A DNA stretch of 64,000 nt from a bacterium (GTDB lineage Bacteria; Fidelibacterota; Marinisomatia; Marinisomatales; JAHJCW01). The first letter of the stretch is position 1. Each line of letters starts with the position of its first letter. This document shows positions 36,764 through 46,398 of this stretch, piece after piece. The notes under the pieces are model-generated. The model was not told the origin of the DNA. It was given only the letters and a program-made list of their open reading frames with translations, and did not search any database. Where the stretch lies: contig JANQGY010000015.1 in NCBI GenBank assembly GCA_028282845.1, positions 155,207-219,206 on the forward strand. Direction: 5' to 3'. The position numbers and the translations under genes are program-made.

Positions 36764-37876
36764 TTAAAACTGCTTTCCCGCCTCAAGTAAAACGCTATCA
36801 ATATAATCCTGCATTTCTCTATCATAATCCATTGCTTGCGGTAATGGCACGATCCGACATTCACTGCGATTTATTGCGGTTGCAATTTTGCCTTCAAGCT
36901 CTATCACCTGTTTCTCATAATTTTCAATTTGTTTTAGTACCGTCGGATTATTGGCGTATTTTTCTTCAAGAGTTTGACCTTCTTCGGTTTCCTTCAATCT
37001 TATTAACTGTCTTGTATAACTTGCTATCCGGTTATTATAAGCAGATACATCTGTTATCAGTTTTGATTCATCAATTATGTTCGCTTTAATTTCAATTAGA
37101 TATTTCCCATTCAGACCAATCGTATAAAAAATTGGTAAATCATCTTTTTGGATATTACCTGTTCGGGTGTTCATCACTGTTCTACTCAAAAATACATAAT
37201 CGGCTTTTTGAAACGAATTAAGTATAACGTCACGATTATTGATCATACCATTCACTAATATAATTAATATGTCAACATCCGTTCTGATTTCTTCAATATA
37301 CTTTTGTCCTTCCGCAAGATAATCTAATTTATAGAGTTCCTTAATGTCTCCGGATAAATTATCGGTAACGCCGATAATACCCATCTTCAAATCATTTTTT
37401 TCTATGACAATATATGGATCAAAGGCCGGTTGGCCGGTTTCAACCAAGTATAGATTTGCCGATACAAACGGGACGGAAGTATTTTGCTCAAGTTTCTTTA
37501 GAAAATCATACCCACCGGCAAGATCATATTCGCCAATGTTCAACGCTGCACAACCGATTTTTTCCATCCCATGCAAAAAAGATTTTGCTTTAAATTGTTC
37601 AGTAGGTACTTTGACAACCGGATATTTGATCTGCTCGAAAAGCGCGTCTCCGGCATCAATAATAATGGGATCAATCCCATTATTCCTCAAAGAATTTATA
37701 TAAGCTGATTTTCTGGACAGACCGCCCAATTTGTTGGATTGTCATCCGCAAAGATTAAATTCAGCCCGTACATTTCCGGTAACGATTAAATCAACGCTCT
37801 TTCCCTTTTCAGCAAAAATGAAAGTGGAAATTATAAATAAGAAATAGAGTCCGATTTTAATTGTTTTAATCTTCAA
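36764..37876 (-). CDS. UshA-like selenoprotein (C-G-U motif; in-frame UGA at 37742-37744)
   Basis: TTG start at 37876 with GGAGG RBS; signal peptide; ...GNVRAEFNLCG-TGA-QSNKLGGLSRK continues in frame into the 5'-nucleotidase-like domain (IIDAGD, PFVSANL); SECIS-like hairpin follows. Confidence 0.88.
37713..37729 (-). promoter_or_regulatory. Putative bacterial SECIS element
   Basis: UUGGGC-GGUCU-GUCCAG hairpin; the apical GGU lies 18 nt after UGA. Confidence 0.75.
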
Positions 37877-37878
37877 TC

Positions 37879-38202
37879 TTATCCTCCACTGAGTTTTGCA
37901 AAATACCCCATTTCCTTCAAAATCTGCAATAATTTTTGACGATCTTTAGTTTGTATAATTATTTCATTATCTTTGATGGATCCTCCAACACCACATCGTT
38001 TCTTCAGCGTTTTTTCTAACATTTTAAGTTCTTCGGTTGTTCCCATAAAATTTTTGACAATACTGACAACTTTATTACCCGGCCGCTTTTCTAACCAAAT
38101 TCGCAAATTTTGATTTTCTGGGGTAATCGATTCTTCATCAACATCATTTTGATCTTCCGGAGTGAAGTCCGGATCGGTTGAAAATATAATTTTGTCCTTC
38201 AT
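37879..38202 (-). CDS. yciH: SUI1/YciH translation initiation factor family
   Basis: LRIWLEKR..KVVSIV, LKKRCGVGGSIKDNEIIIQ, KLSGG. Confidence 0.9.
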   Translation of the reverse strand: MKDKIIFSTDPDFTPEDQNDVDEESITPENQNLRIWLEKRPGNKVVSIVKNFMGTTEELKMLEKTLKKRCGVGGSIKDNEIIIQTKDRQKLLQILKEMGYFAKLSGG

Positions 38203-38204
38203 AA

Positions 38205-39278
38205 TTAAAATAATTCGGTTTGGCCCGATTTAGTATCAACATTAAAATTACTTACTCCGACCCCTAAAAGACGGATTGGTTTATTATTTGACCAAGCGAA
38301 CATAAACAATTCTTCTGCAATATTCGCTATCATTTCCTCTGAATCTATCGCTTCGGCAAAGGATTTTTGTGTTGTATGAGTGTCAAAGTCATAATATCTA
38401 AGTTTGATGAATACGCGCTTAGCCTTTAATTCTTTGTCTCGTAAACGTTTAACAACTTTTTCGCTAAGCTGTTTCAGTATCATCAATAATTCTTCTTTTG
38501 AACTAATGTCTTTTGGAAAAGTGCGCTCATTGCTGATTGATTTTATCTCTCGATATGTTCGCACCGGACGATCATCTTTTCCCTGTGCCCAATTTGCCAT
38601 AGCTAATCCAAATTTTCCAAATCGCGCCTCAAGAATGTTTAATGGAAGTTTGGATAATTCCCGAATTGTTGTAACATTCATAGTTGCCAATTTTTCCGCC
38701 ATTTTAGGGCCGATACCGGAAATTTTCTGCGGACTTAACGGAGCTAAAAATGATCGCTCCTCACCGGGCTTGACCACTGTCAAGCCATTAGGTTTATTTA
38801 AATCAGACGCAATCTTGGCGATCATTTTGTTGGTGGCAACTCCCAGTGAATTTGGTAACCCAATATTCACTGCAATATTATTTTGCAAGGATTTTGCAAT
38901 TTCAACTGCATCTTCCCAATTGCCGATTCTTGAGGAAACATCAATGAATGCCTCATCCACGCTAATTTGTTCGAGCAGATCAGCTTCTTTTTCTACTAAT
39001 TTCATTACGATTACCGAATAGGTTTTGTATGATTTAAAATTAGGAGGAATGATAATTATATCTTTACATAACTTAACTGCGCGACTCATCGGCATAGCGG
39101 AATGAATTCCGAACTTTCGCGCCGGGTACGACGCTGCAGCAACTACACCGCGCTTATCCGGCTGACCACCAACGGCAATTGGTTTACCATTTAATTCAGG
39201 ATTTTTTAGGACTTCAACCGAACAGAAGAAAGCATCCAAATCAAGATGAATAATTGCTCGTGGAATCGATTGTGTCAT
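38205..39278 (-). CDS. dinB: DNA polymerase IV
   Basis: IIHLDLDAFFCSVE, RGVVAAASYPARKFGIHSAM, SVDEAFID, AKIASDLNKPNG, IRLLGVGVS. Confidence 0.95.
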   Translation of the reverse strand: MTQSIPRAIIHLDLDAFFCSVEVLKNPELNGKPIAVGGQPDKRGVVAAASYPARKFGIHSAMPMSRAVKLCKDIIIIPPNFKSYKTYSVIVMKLVEKEADLLEQISVDEAFIDVSSRIGNWEDAVEIAKSLQNNIAVNIGLPNSLGVATNKMIAKIASDLNKPNGLTVVKPGEERSFLAPLSPQKISGIGPKMAEKLATMNVTTIRELSKLPLNILEARFGKFGLAMANWAQGKDDRPVRTYREIKSISNERTFPKDISSKEELLMILKQLSEKVVKRLRDKELKAKRVFIKLRYYDFDTHTTQKSFAEAIDSEEMIANIAEELFMFAWSNNKPIRLLGVGVSNFNVDTKSGQTELF

Positions 39279-39316
39279 TAATTATCAAAAATTGTTTTTA
39301 AGAATTTATCAAAAAT

Positions 39317-39342
39317 GTTATTCCTGCGAAAGCGGGAATCCA
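39317..39342. repeat. REP/dRS3-like palindrome
   Basis: GTTATTCCTGCGAAAGCGGGAATCCA, a variant of ATTCCC-N8-GGGAAT with a GAAA loop. Confidence 0.65.
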
Positions 39343-39454
39343 TATTAATAATAAGAGTAATGAATTCTTTTCAAACCTGTCTAAAGAAGAATCATAAAAG
39401 GATCATTTAAATATTTTTGAATTTATCTGATTCGAGTAATTTCTTACAACTATT

Positions 39455-40735
39455 ATGAAAAAATCCAAATCTTCTCGATTTCTAAATCAATTAAAAGCTC
39501 TTGGTCCGGGATTGCTGTGGGCAGGGGCTGCGATTGGTGTTTCACATTTAGTGCAGTCAACACGTGCCGGAGCAAATTATGGATTTGCTTTGGTAGGGGC
39601 TCTATTGCTTGCCAATTTATTCAAATACCCCGCTTTTGAGTTTGGTCCTCGCTATGCCGCGGCGACCGGTAAAAGTCTGATAAATGGCTATGCTGCTTTA
39701 GGCAAATGGGCTATGATAATATTTCTGTTCATGACATTTGGAACAATGTTCACAATCCAAGCCGCAGTCACAATTGTAACAGCCGGATTGGCTGCATATT
39801 TATTTGGGATTTCTTGGTCGCCATTCATCTGGAGTACTGTTATTCTTGCAATTTGTGTTTTTATTTTGATTATTGGGAAATATCCGTTACTTGATAAGAT
39901 GATCAAATTCATAATTATTCTCTTATCAGTATCAACAATTGTGGCTGTATTTGCCGCACTTGGACATGGTCAATCAATTGATCCGCAATTTGTAAAACCA
40001 CAGATTTGGTCAATATCAGGGATAGCATTTTTAGTAGCCCTCATGGGATGGATGCCATCGGCAATAGATATTTCGGTTTGGCATTCACTATGGACTATAG
40101 AACGGAAGAATGAAACGAAACACAGACCATCGCTTAAAGAAGCATTATTTGATTTTAATCTCGGTTATTTTGGAACAGCCCTACTTGCCTTAGGGTTCTT
40201 AACACTTGGAGCGTTGATTATGTATGGAAGCGGTTCCACATTTTCGCCCACGGGAGCAGGTTTTGCAAGGCAATTAATTGATATGTACGTTAACGCCTTA
40301 GGAGAATGGAGCAGACCACTTATCGGCATCGCCGCCTTCACGACCATGTTTAGTACTACGTTGACAGTAACCGATGCCTTTCCCCGTGTTCTACGCCGAT
40401 CTACAGAAATTATCTTTGAAAGTAAATTGAAGAATTACAACACCAATTATCTTTATTGGCTTGCCATGTTGGTTGTACTTAGCGGTTGTCTCATTATTAT
40501 CGGTTATTTATTAAGCGAAATGACAATCTTGGTAGATTTGGCTACGACTCTATCTTTTTTGACTGCACCTATTTTAGCTTACATCAATTATAGGGTGGTA
40601 ACCGGCAACACAATGCCAATAGATTGTCAACCGCAAAAATGGCTAAGGATCCTTAGTTGGATTGGAATAATATTTTTGAGTGGATTTAGCATCATCTTCC
40701 TTGTTTGGCGTTTTGGACAAGGAATCTTATACTAA
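39455..40735 (+). CDS. NRAMP-like (APC fold) transporter
   Basis: LGPGLLWAGAAIGVSHLVQSTRAGA, ALMGWMPSAID, TTMFSTTLTV; about 11 TM. Confidence 0.85.
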   Translation: MKKSKSSRFLNQLKALGPGLLWAGAAIGVSHLVQSTRAGANYGFALVGALLLANLFKYPAFEFGPRYAAATGKSLINGYAALGKWAMIIFLFMTFGTMFTIQAAVTIVTAGLAAYLFGISWSPFIWSTVILAICVFILIIGKYPLLDKMIKFIIILLSVSTIVAVFAALGHGQSIDPQFVKPQIWSISGIAFLVALMGWMPSAIDISVWHSLWTIERKNETKHRPSLKEALFDFNLGYFGTALLALGFLTLGALIMYGSGSTFSPTGAGFARQLIDMYVNALGEWSRPLIGIAAFTTMFSTTLTVTDAFPRVLRRSTEIIFESKLKNYNTNYLYWLAMLVVLSGCLIIIGYLLSEMTILVDLATTLSFLTAPILAYINYRVVTGNTMPIDCQPQKWLRILSWIGIIFLSGFSIIFLVWRFGQGILY

Positions 40736-40742
40736 TTCTTTG

Positions 40743-41276
40743 TCAAATACCTAATATCTTCGCATCCACTTCCACTGTGGACTTCAAATCTAATAGCAAA
40801 TCTTCGGTCAAAGGCTCTGATGAGGTGGTTTTTAGGCGGACACGTATTTCATCACTGATTAGATATTTTCTAAGATTGGAGGACGTAGTTTCCAATTCCA
40901 AATGATTACCGGCATTATCCGATATATTATCTTTCCATGCAATCAGTTTCTCAACAAGATTTTCCGTACTTACAAATATCTCTACTTTATTCAAAAATGA
41001 GAAATCGGCATTTGCCGGCTCTAAAATAGTTACATTAAATTTTTTCAAAGTTGCTTCCTCAATGAGATCCTTTCGCGTATCATTATTTTTAAATGTTGAC
41101 TCTGTACTGTTCTCAATATCATTGGACGTAATATCAACATTATCGAGATTAATACCGCCATATGAAGGCAGTACAAAAGTATAGTCATAATCAATGTCGA
41201 AATGAGTTAGTTCATCAATTGCTTTACAAGCGCAAAATAATATTAGTATAGCAATAATTGATGAACTGATTTTCAT
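40743..41276 (-). CDS. Hypothetical lipoprotein
   Basis: Lipobox FCAC; beta-rich soluble domain. Confidence 0.7.
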   Translation of the reverse strand: MKISSSIIAILILFCACKAIDELTHFDIDYDYTFVLPSYGGINLDNVDITSNDIENSTESTFKNNDTRKDLIEEATLKKFNVTILEPANADFSFLNKVEIFVSTENLVEKLIAWKDNISDNAGNHLELETTSSNLRKYLISDEIRVRLKTTSSEPLTEDLLLDLKSTVEVDAKILGI

Positions 41277-41281
41277 TGATA

Positions 41282-41641
41282 TTATTTGCTTACACCTAAT
41301 ACATCTTCAAAAGCTTTTTCAAAAGCATCTTTGGGCAATGCACCGGCTGCCATTTGGGGTTGACCATCGGTTGGTACAAATAATATTGATGGAATACTTC
41401 TTATTCCAAATGCGCCGGCGAGCTCCTGCTCTTGTTCTGTATTTACTTTATAAATATTTAATTTACCTTCGTATTCTTCGGAAAGTTCTTCTAAAACTGG
41501 CGCAACCATTTTACAGGGCGCACACCAATCAGCATAGAAATCAATTACACAGGGTAAATCACCCTCAAATTTCCAATCTTTATTTTTTTCAAAATTAAAA
41601 ACCTTTGTTAAAAATTCATCTTTTGTTAAATGTTGCGTCAC
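41282..41641 (-). CDS. trxA: Thioredoxin
   Basis: IDFYADWCAPCK, FGIRSIPSILF; GTG start with AAGGAG RBS. Confidence 0.93.
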   Translation of the reverse strand: MTQHLTKDEFLTKVFNFEKNKDWKFEGDLPCVIDFYADWCAPCKMVAPVLEELSEEYEGKLNIYKVNTEQEQELAGAFGIRSIPSILFVPTDGQPQMAAGALPKDAFEKAFEDVLGVSK

Positions 41642-41699
41642 ATTAAGCTCCTTTATTCATTTTTAACTTTGATGTAAACAGTAACAATTAGTTACCCAT

Positions 41700-42203
41700 T
41701 TAGAATTTTAACAAATAAAGTGGATTATATTTTTTGCTTTCGCGGTACAATTTAAATCCAACTTTCTTATATAACTTTACCGCATAATTGCGATGATCTA
41801 CGCTTAGAGAAATACCTTCGTATCCTTGCTCTTTTACTTCATCAATCAAACTATTCAATAATACCAATCCAATACCTCTGTTTTGAAATGTATTATCAAC
41901 CGCAATTGAGAGCGCCGGGATATTTGTATCTATTATTCCAAACGGCAAATTCACTTTATTATATAGTCTTACCCATGCCATTCCAATTAATTGTTCGGAT
42001 AGATCATCTCTCGCCCAAAATCCAATATCTCCATGTTTACCCCAATCCTTATATATGGGCATAAATATTTTATCCTCAACAATCGACTTGGGAAATGGCT
42101 TTCTGCCGGGTGGTACAAACAGAGCTTTGTACAAATATTCTTTTAAATAGGGAGTTTCTTTTACGGTGATGGAATGAATAGAATATTTGATATTCTTGTT
42201 AAT
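41700..42203 (-). CDS. GNAT N-acetyltransferase (probable ATT start at 42203; track starts at 42134)
   Basis: LYKALFVPPG, GMAWVR, LSIAV...QNRGIG, ISLSVD..NYAVKLYKKVGF; frame open 23 codons further upstream. Confidence 0.8.
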   Translation of the reverse strand: MNKNIKYSIHSITVKETPYLKEYLYKALFVPPGRKPFPKSIVEDKIFMPIYKDWGKHGDIGFWARDDLSEQLIGMAWVRLYNKVNLPFGIIDTNIPALSIAVDNTFQNRGIGLVLLNSLIDEVKEQGYEGISLSVDHRNYAVKLYKKVGFKLYRESKKYNPLYLLKF

Positions 42204-43815
42204 CTATGTTTCCTTTGTAATGATTAACTATTGGAATTCTACGACCAACACCGAACGCTTTGTGACTTACTCGTAATCCCGGAGCCGCCTGACGCCGTTT
42301 AAATTCGTTAATGCGAATTAACCGATATAAATGCAATACCAATTCTTTATCTGCACCGGCTTTAATCAATTCTTCAGGACTTTTATGCTCTTCAATTATA
42401 GCATCAACCAAAGGACTTACTATGTTATAATCAAAGGGATCGACTTGATCTGCGGCTAATTCAGCCGATGGTTCCTTATCCAAGGTTGATTGCGGGATCC
42501 GATCATATCCGGCTTTCTCGTTTACCCAATTTGCGATTCGATAAACATCAATCTTTGACAGATCGGATATCACCGACAGTCCGCCGCTCATATCGCCATA
42601 TAAGGTACAATATCCAAGTGCCATTTCAGTTTTATTGCCCGTTGACAATACCATCCAACCGAATTTATTCGCGATTGCCATTAGAATGTTCCCGCGTGTG
42701 CGGGCTTGAATATTTTCTTCGGCTACTCCTCGCTTAGTTCCGCTGAATTTTGGTTCCAAGGATTTTTCAAACAAGCCAACAATGCCCTCAATACCGATCA
42801 TATCGAATTCTATATTTAAGTTTTCTGCTAATTTAGCGGCATCGGATTTGCTATGTTCACTTGAAAAACTTGACGGCATGGAAAATCCGTGAACATTTTC
42901 ACTTCTTAATGCATCCGTAGCAATGCAGGCAACTAAAGCTGAATCAATTCCGCCGCTTAAACCAATCAATGCCTCCTTGTGCCCGGTCTTCCTGAAATAA
43001 TCCTTCACTCCAAGACAAAGTGCTCTATACAATCTTTCCTCTTTTTCCATAATTGGAAAATGATTGTTCGGTTTTTCATAAAGTTCAACAAGGAACAAAT
43101 CCTGCTCAAACATTTTACCTTGTGCTAATTGTTGTCCGTTTGCATCATAAGCCAAAGATTCACCGTCAAATATCAATTCATCCTGACCACCTACAAGGTT
43201 ACAGTATATGAACGGTATGCCAATTTTAGCAATTTGACTTTTAATTAAATCTTGTCGCTCGGTTATGCGACCTTCATGGTACGGAGAAGCGGAAATATTC
43301 ATTATCAAATCCGCTCCGCTGTCTTTTTGCAATACTGATACTTTTGTGTCATAATCATCATCCCACAAATCCTCGCAGACTTGAATTCCGAGATTTATTG
43401 TTTTATGATTAATAGACAGCTTCCAAATCCCCGGTTTGTTTCCATTTTCAAAATAACGATCTTCATCAAAAACATCATAAGTAGGTAACAGCATTTTGTC
43501 ATAAGTATTAGTCACTTTTCCATCCTGACACAATGCCGCACTATTGAATAACCTTCCGTTTTCTTTTCTTACATAACCAATAATCAGTGGAATGGTGCTA
43601 ATTGCTGCTATATCTGTTAAACATTTTAAATTTTCATCAACAAATCCATTTTCTAACAATAAATCCTGAGGCGGGTACCCCGTGATAGCCAATTCGGGAA
43701 ATACCACAATATCAGCATTTATCTCGCATGCTTTATAGTAATAATCTAATACTAATTTTTTGTTCTCCTCAAACGCACCAACAATGGTATTTATTTGACA
43801 AATTGCTATTTTCAT
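42199..43815 (-). CDS. nadE: Glutamine-dependent NAD+ synthetase
   Basis: Nitrilase domain (FPELAITGYPP, CEDLW) plus GLSGGIDSA, ENIQAR, STGNKTE, PSAEL, EFKRRQA. Confidence 0.95.
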   Translation of the reverse strand: MKIAICQINTIVGAFEENKKLVLDYYYKACEINADIVVFPELAITGYPPQDLLLENGFVDENLKCLTDIAAISTIPLIIGYVRKENGRLFNSAALCQDGKVTNTYDKMLLPTYDVFDEDRYFENGNKPGIWKLSINHKTINLGIQVCEDLWDDDYDTKVSVLQKDSGADLIMNISASPYHEGRITERQDLIKSQIAKIGIPFIYCNLVGGQDELIFDGESLAYDANGQQLAQGKMFEQDLFLVELYEKPNNHFPIMEKEERLYRALCLGVKDYFRKTGHKEALIGLSGGIDSALVACIATDALRSENVHGFSMPSSFSSEHSKSDAAKLAENLNIEFDMIGIEGIVGLFEKSLEPKFSGTKRGVAEENIQARTRGNILMAIANKFGWMVLSTGNKTEMALGYCTLYGDMSGGLSVISDLSKIDVYRIANWVNEKAGYDRIPQSTLDKEPSAELAADQVDPFDYNIVSPLVDAIIEEHKSPEELIKAGADKELVLHLYRLIRINEFKRRQAAPGLRVSHKAFGVGRRIPIVNHYKGNID

Positions 43816-43817
43816 AA

Positions 43818-44090
43818 TTACCTGATTATTTCAAAAAAATTATATTTGTTTTCAAATTTCTGCCAATCAACAGTTACGTTGTCAACTCTTGATAAAGGTG
43901 AGCCAATCCTTATTTTGTCAATCAATTGCTTGACTATTTCCTTTTTCCCTTCCACTTCGACACTGACTGAACCATCGGAATTATTTTTCACCCTTCCTGT
44001 TAAATCTAATTCTTTTGCCGATCGTTTAACATAATCCCTAAACCATACTCCTTGGACTTTTCCATTGACATTGATCTTAGCTGAAATCAT
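43818..44090 (-). CDS. acyP: Acylphosphatase
   Basis: GKVQGVWFR, GRVKNNSDGSV. Confidence 0.92.
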   Translation of the reverse strand: MISAKINVNGKVQGVWFRDYVKRSAKELDLTGRVKNNSDGSVSVEVEGKKEIVKQLIDKIRIGSPLSRVDNVTVDWQKFENKYNFFEIIR

Positions 44091-44539
44091 AATAATTCAT
44101 CAACTAAACTATAAACTTCATCCAAAGAATCGGCTTGTTTTACTCCCGCAATATCCCATGTTTTATAACCTATCAGTGGTATTTTTAGTTGGAGAGCATA
44201 CCCAATTTCACTTAAAGTACCATACTTTCCGGAAATTGCAATTGCCAAATCCGCATTCATTGCTAATAAGGAATTTCTTGTAATGCCCATATTTGTAAGT
44301 ATTGGAATTGAAAGATATTGGTTTGCTTCCGAGAGATCAGAGCCTTTCAAGATGCCAATACTCACGCCGCTTTCTTGCTTAACACCTTTGCAAATTGCTT
44401 CCATAACCCCTTCTCCACCACCGCAATAAATTAAATATCCTTCCTGAGCTAATTTTTCACCGATTTTTACCGTATCTTGATAAATATCATCAGATATTTC
44501 TCTTCCACCAAAAACTGCTATTCTTGCTTTATAATTCAT
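44087..44539 (-). CDS. TIGR00725 / LOG-like Rossmann protein
   Basis: CGGGEGVMEAICKG, MGITRN, GKYGTLSEIGYAL. Confidence 0.88.
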   Translation of the reverse strand: MNYKARIAVFGGREISDDIYQDTVKIGEKLAQEGYLIYCGGGEGVMEAICKGVKQESGVSIGILKGSDLSEANQYLSIPILTNMGITRNSLLAMNADLAIAISGKYGTLSEIGYALQLKIPLIGYKTWDIAGVKQADSLDEVYSLVDELL

Positions 44540-45843
44540 TACGGTTCAAGTCTTGCCATGGTTCGTGGGAATGGAATAGTTTCACGAATATGTTTGATTC
44601 CACAGATCCAGGTTACGGTTCTCTCCAAGCCAAGCCCGAATCCGGAATGCGGAACACTACCGTATTTTCTTAAATCAAGATACCACTTAAACGGTTCCAT
44701 GGGCAATTTGTGCTCTTTGATGCGCTCGACTAATATATCGTGATCATCCTCTCTTTGCCCACCACCGATTATCTCGCCATACCCTTCCGGTGCTAAGATA
44801 TCCATTCCAAGTGCTAAATCAGGATTATCATTCGCACGTTTCATATAAAATGCTTTGATCTCCGCGGGCCACCGATGAATAATCACGGGACTGTCAAATT
44901 GCTCAGCAATTACGGTTTCATCGGCACCACCGAAATCAGTACCATATTCAAAATCTATATCTTTGTCATTCAATAATTTTGCAGCTTCATCATAAGTCAA
45001 GCGTGGAAATGGCATTTTGATTTGTTCTAATTTTGAGACATCTCTTTCAAGAATTTCAAATTCTGCCTGACAATTTTCCAAGCAATGATTGACGATATGC
45101 ATGATCAATTTTTCAGCCCATTCCATGTTCTCATTGATGTCGCAATAAGCGATTTCCGGTTCGAGCATCCAAAATTCAGTAAGATGTCGGCGAGTCTTTG
45201 ATTTCTCGGCTCGAAATGTTGGACCAAATACATATACTCGATTAAAACTCATTGCACCGGCTTCGCCATACAATTGCCCGGTTTGAGATAGATATGCCGT
45301 CCGATCATAATAATCAACATTAAAGAGGCTTGTAGTTCCTTCGGCAGCATTGGCAGTCAACATTGGTGAGTCAAATAGAACAAAATCATTGTCATCAAAA
45401 AAATTACGGGCGGCACGAATAACTTGATGCCGAACTTTTAAAATCGCATGTTGTTTCTTTGATCGTATCCATAGATGACGGTTGTCCATTAAAAAAGCAG
45501 TGCCATGTTCTTTGGGAGAAATCGGATATTCGTCCGCTATTTGATGAATCTCAATTGCTTTGACACCTAATTCCACCCCGCCGATAGCGCGCTGCTCCAA
45601 TCGGACTATTCCGGTAACCGATACACTTGATTCCTGAGTTAATAGTTCTTCCTTTTGGAATGTTTCCTGATCAACATCATTTTTGACAACTACACATTGC
45701 AGCATTCCGGTTCCATCACGCAGGATCATAAACCAAATTTTACCGATTGATCTTAAACTATATACCCAACCATGTAATGTCACTTCTTTATCACTATATT
45801 TTTTTAAATCTCTTATGAATATTTTGTCCATATTTTCTACCAT
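44539..45843 (-). CDS. asnS: Asparagine--tRNA ligase
   Basis: LRDGTG, RHLWIRS, YLSQTGQLY, FRAEKSKTRRHLTEFWM, YGSVPHSGFGLGLER; true start may be ATG at 45831. Confidence 0.95.
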   Translation of the reverse strand: MVENMDKIFIRDLKKYSDKEVTLHGWVYSLRSIGKIWFMILRDGTGMLQCVVVKNDVDQETFQKEELLTQESSVSVTGIVRLEQRAIGGVELGVKAIEIHQIADEYPISPKEHGTAFLMDNRHLWIRSKKQHAILKVRHQVIRAARNFFDDNDFVLFDSPMLTANAAEGTTSLFNVDYYDRTAYLSQTGQLYGEAGAMSFNRVYVFGPTFRAEKSKTRRHLTEFWMLEPEIAYCDINENMEWAEKLIMHIVNHCLENCQAEFEILERDVSKLEQIKMPFPRLTYDEAAKLLNDKDIDFEYGTDFGGADETVIAEQFDSPVIIHRWPAEIKAFYMKRANDNPDLALGMDILAPEGYGEIIGGGQREDDHDILVERIKEHKLPMEPFKWYLDLRKYGSVPHSGFGLGLERTVTWICGIKHIRETIPFPRTMARLEP

Positions 45844-46397
45844 GCCGTTAAAATATTATTTACCACATCTTCTGCAATTTTCGTAATTGCTATTTTTGTT
45901 GCGAATTCACGCGGTTCCCCAAATTCATCATCATCATCCGCATCAATTTTACCATCGCCATCATTATCAATTCCATCGGTGTTTATATCACCGGTAAGTC
46001 CGTAGGCGCCCCATCCGGTATAACGTTTTGTTAATAGATCTACATCATTCTTAACATCATGCCAGTTTATGTCCATTGTAATTGTAATGCGGTATTCCGA
46101 TACAGCCTCGGCGCTGTTAAAAGTATATGGTGCATCATCCATTTTAATAATAATGCCATTTAAGACCGAGTCGGCATTGTCCGGATCAACAATTCTCAAT
46201 ATATTTTCTTCGGTAAAAACCTCAATAATATTATCGGTAATATCCTCAGCAATTCCAAATTCTGCCGTTTGATTACTAACCAATGGAATTGATATACTCT
46301 TGATGTGCGGCGGAATAGAACCTGCCATCGAATAAAATCCGCATCCGCTTAAAACTATTAGTAGAACCGGCAAACTTATCTTTATGTATCTCTTCAA
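45837..46397 (-). CDS. lptE: LptE family LPS-assembly lipoprotein
   Basis: Lipobox LSGC; GFYS..GSIPPHIKSISIP..NQTAE, C-terminal IAEDVVNNILTAW; acidic DGIDNDGDG insertion. Confidence 0.75.
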   Translation of the reverse strand: MKRYIKISLPVLLIVLSGCGFYSMAGSIPPHIKSISIPLVSNQTAEFGIAEDITDNIIEVFTEENILRIVDPDNADSVLNGIIIKMDDAPYTFNSAEAVSEYRITITMDINWHDVKNDVDLLTKRYTGWGAYGLTGDINTDGIDNDGDGKIDADDDDEFGEPREFATKIAITKIAEDVVNNILTAW

Positions 46398-46398
46398 A

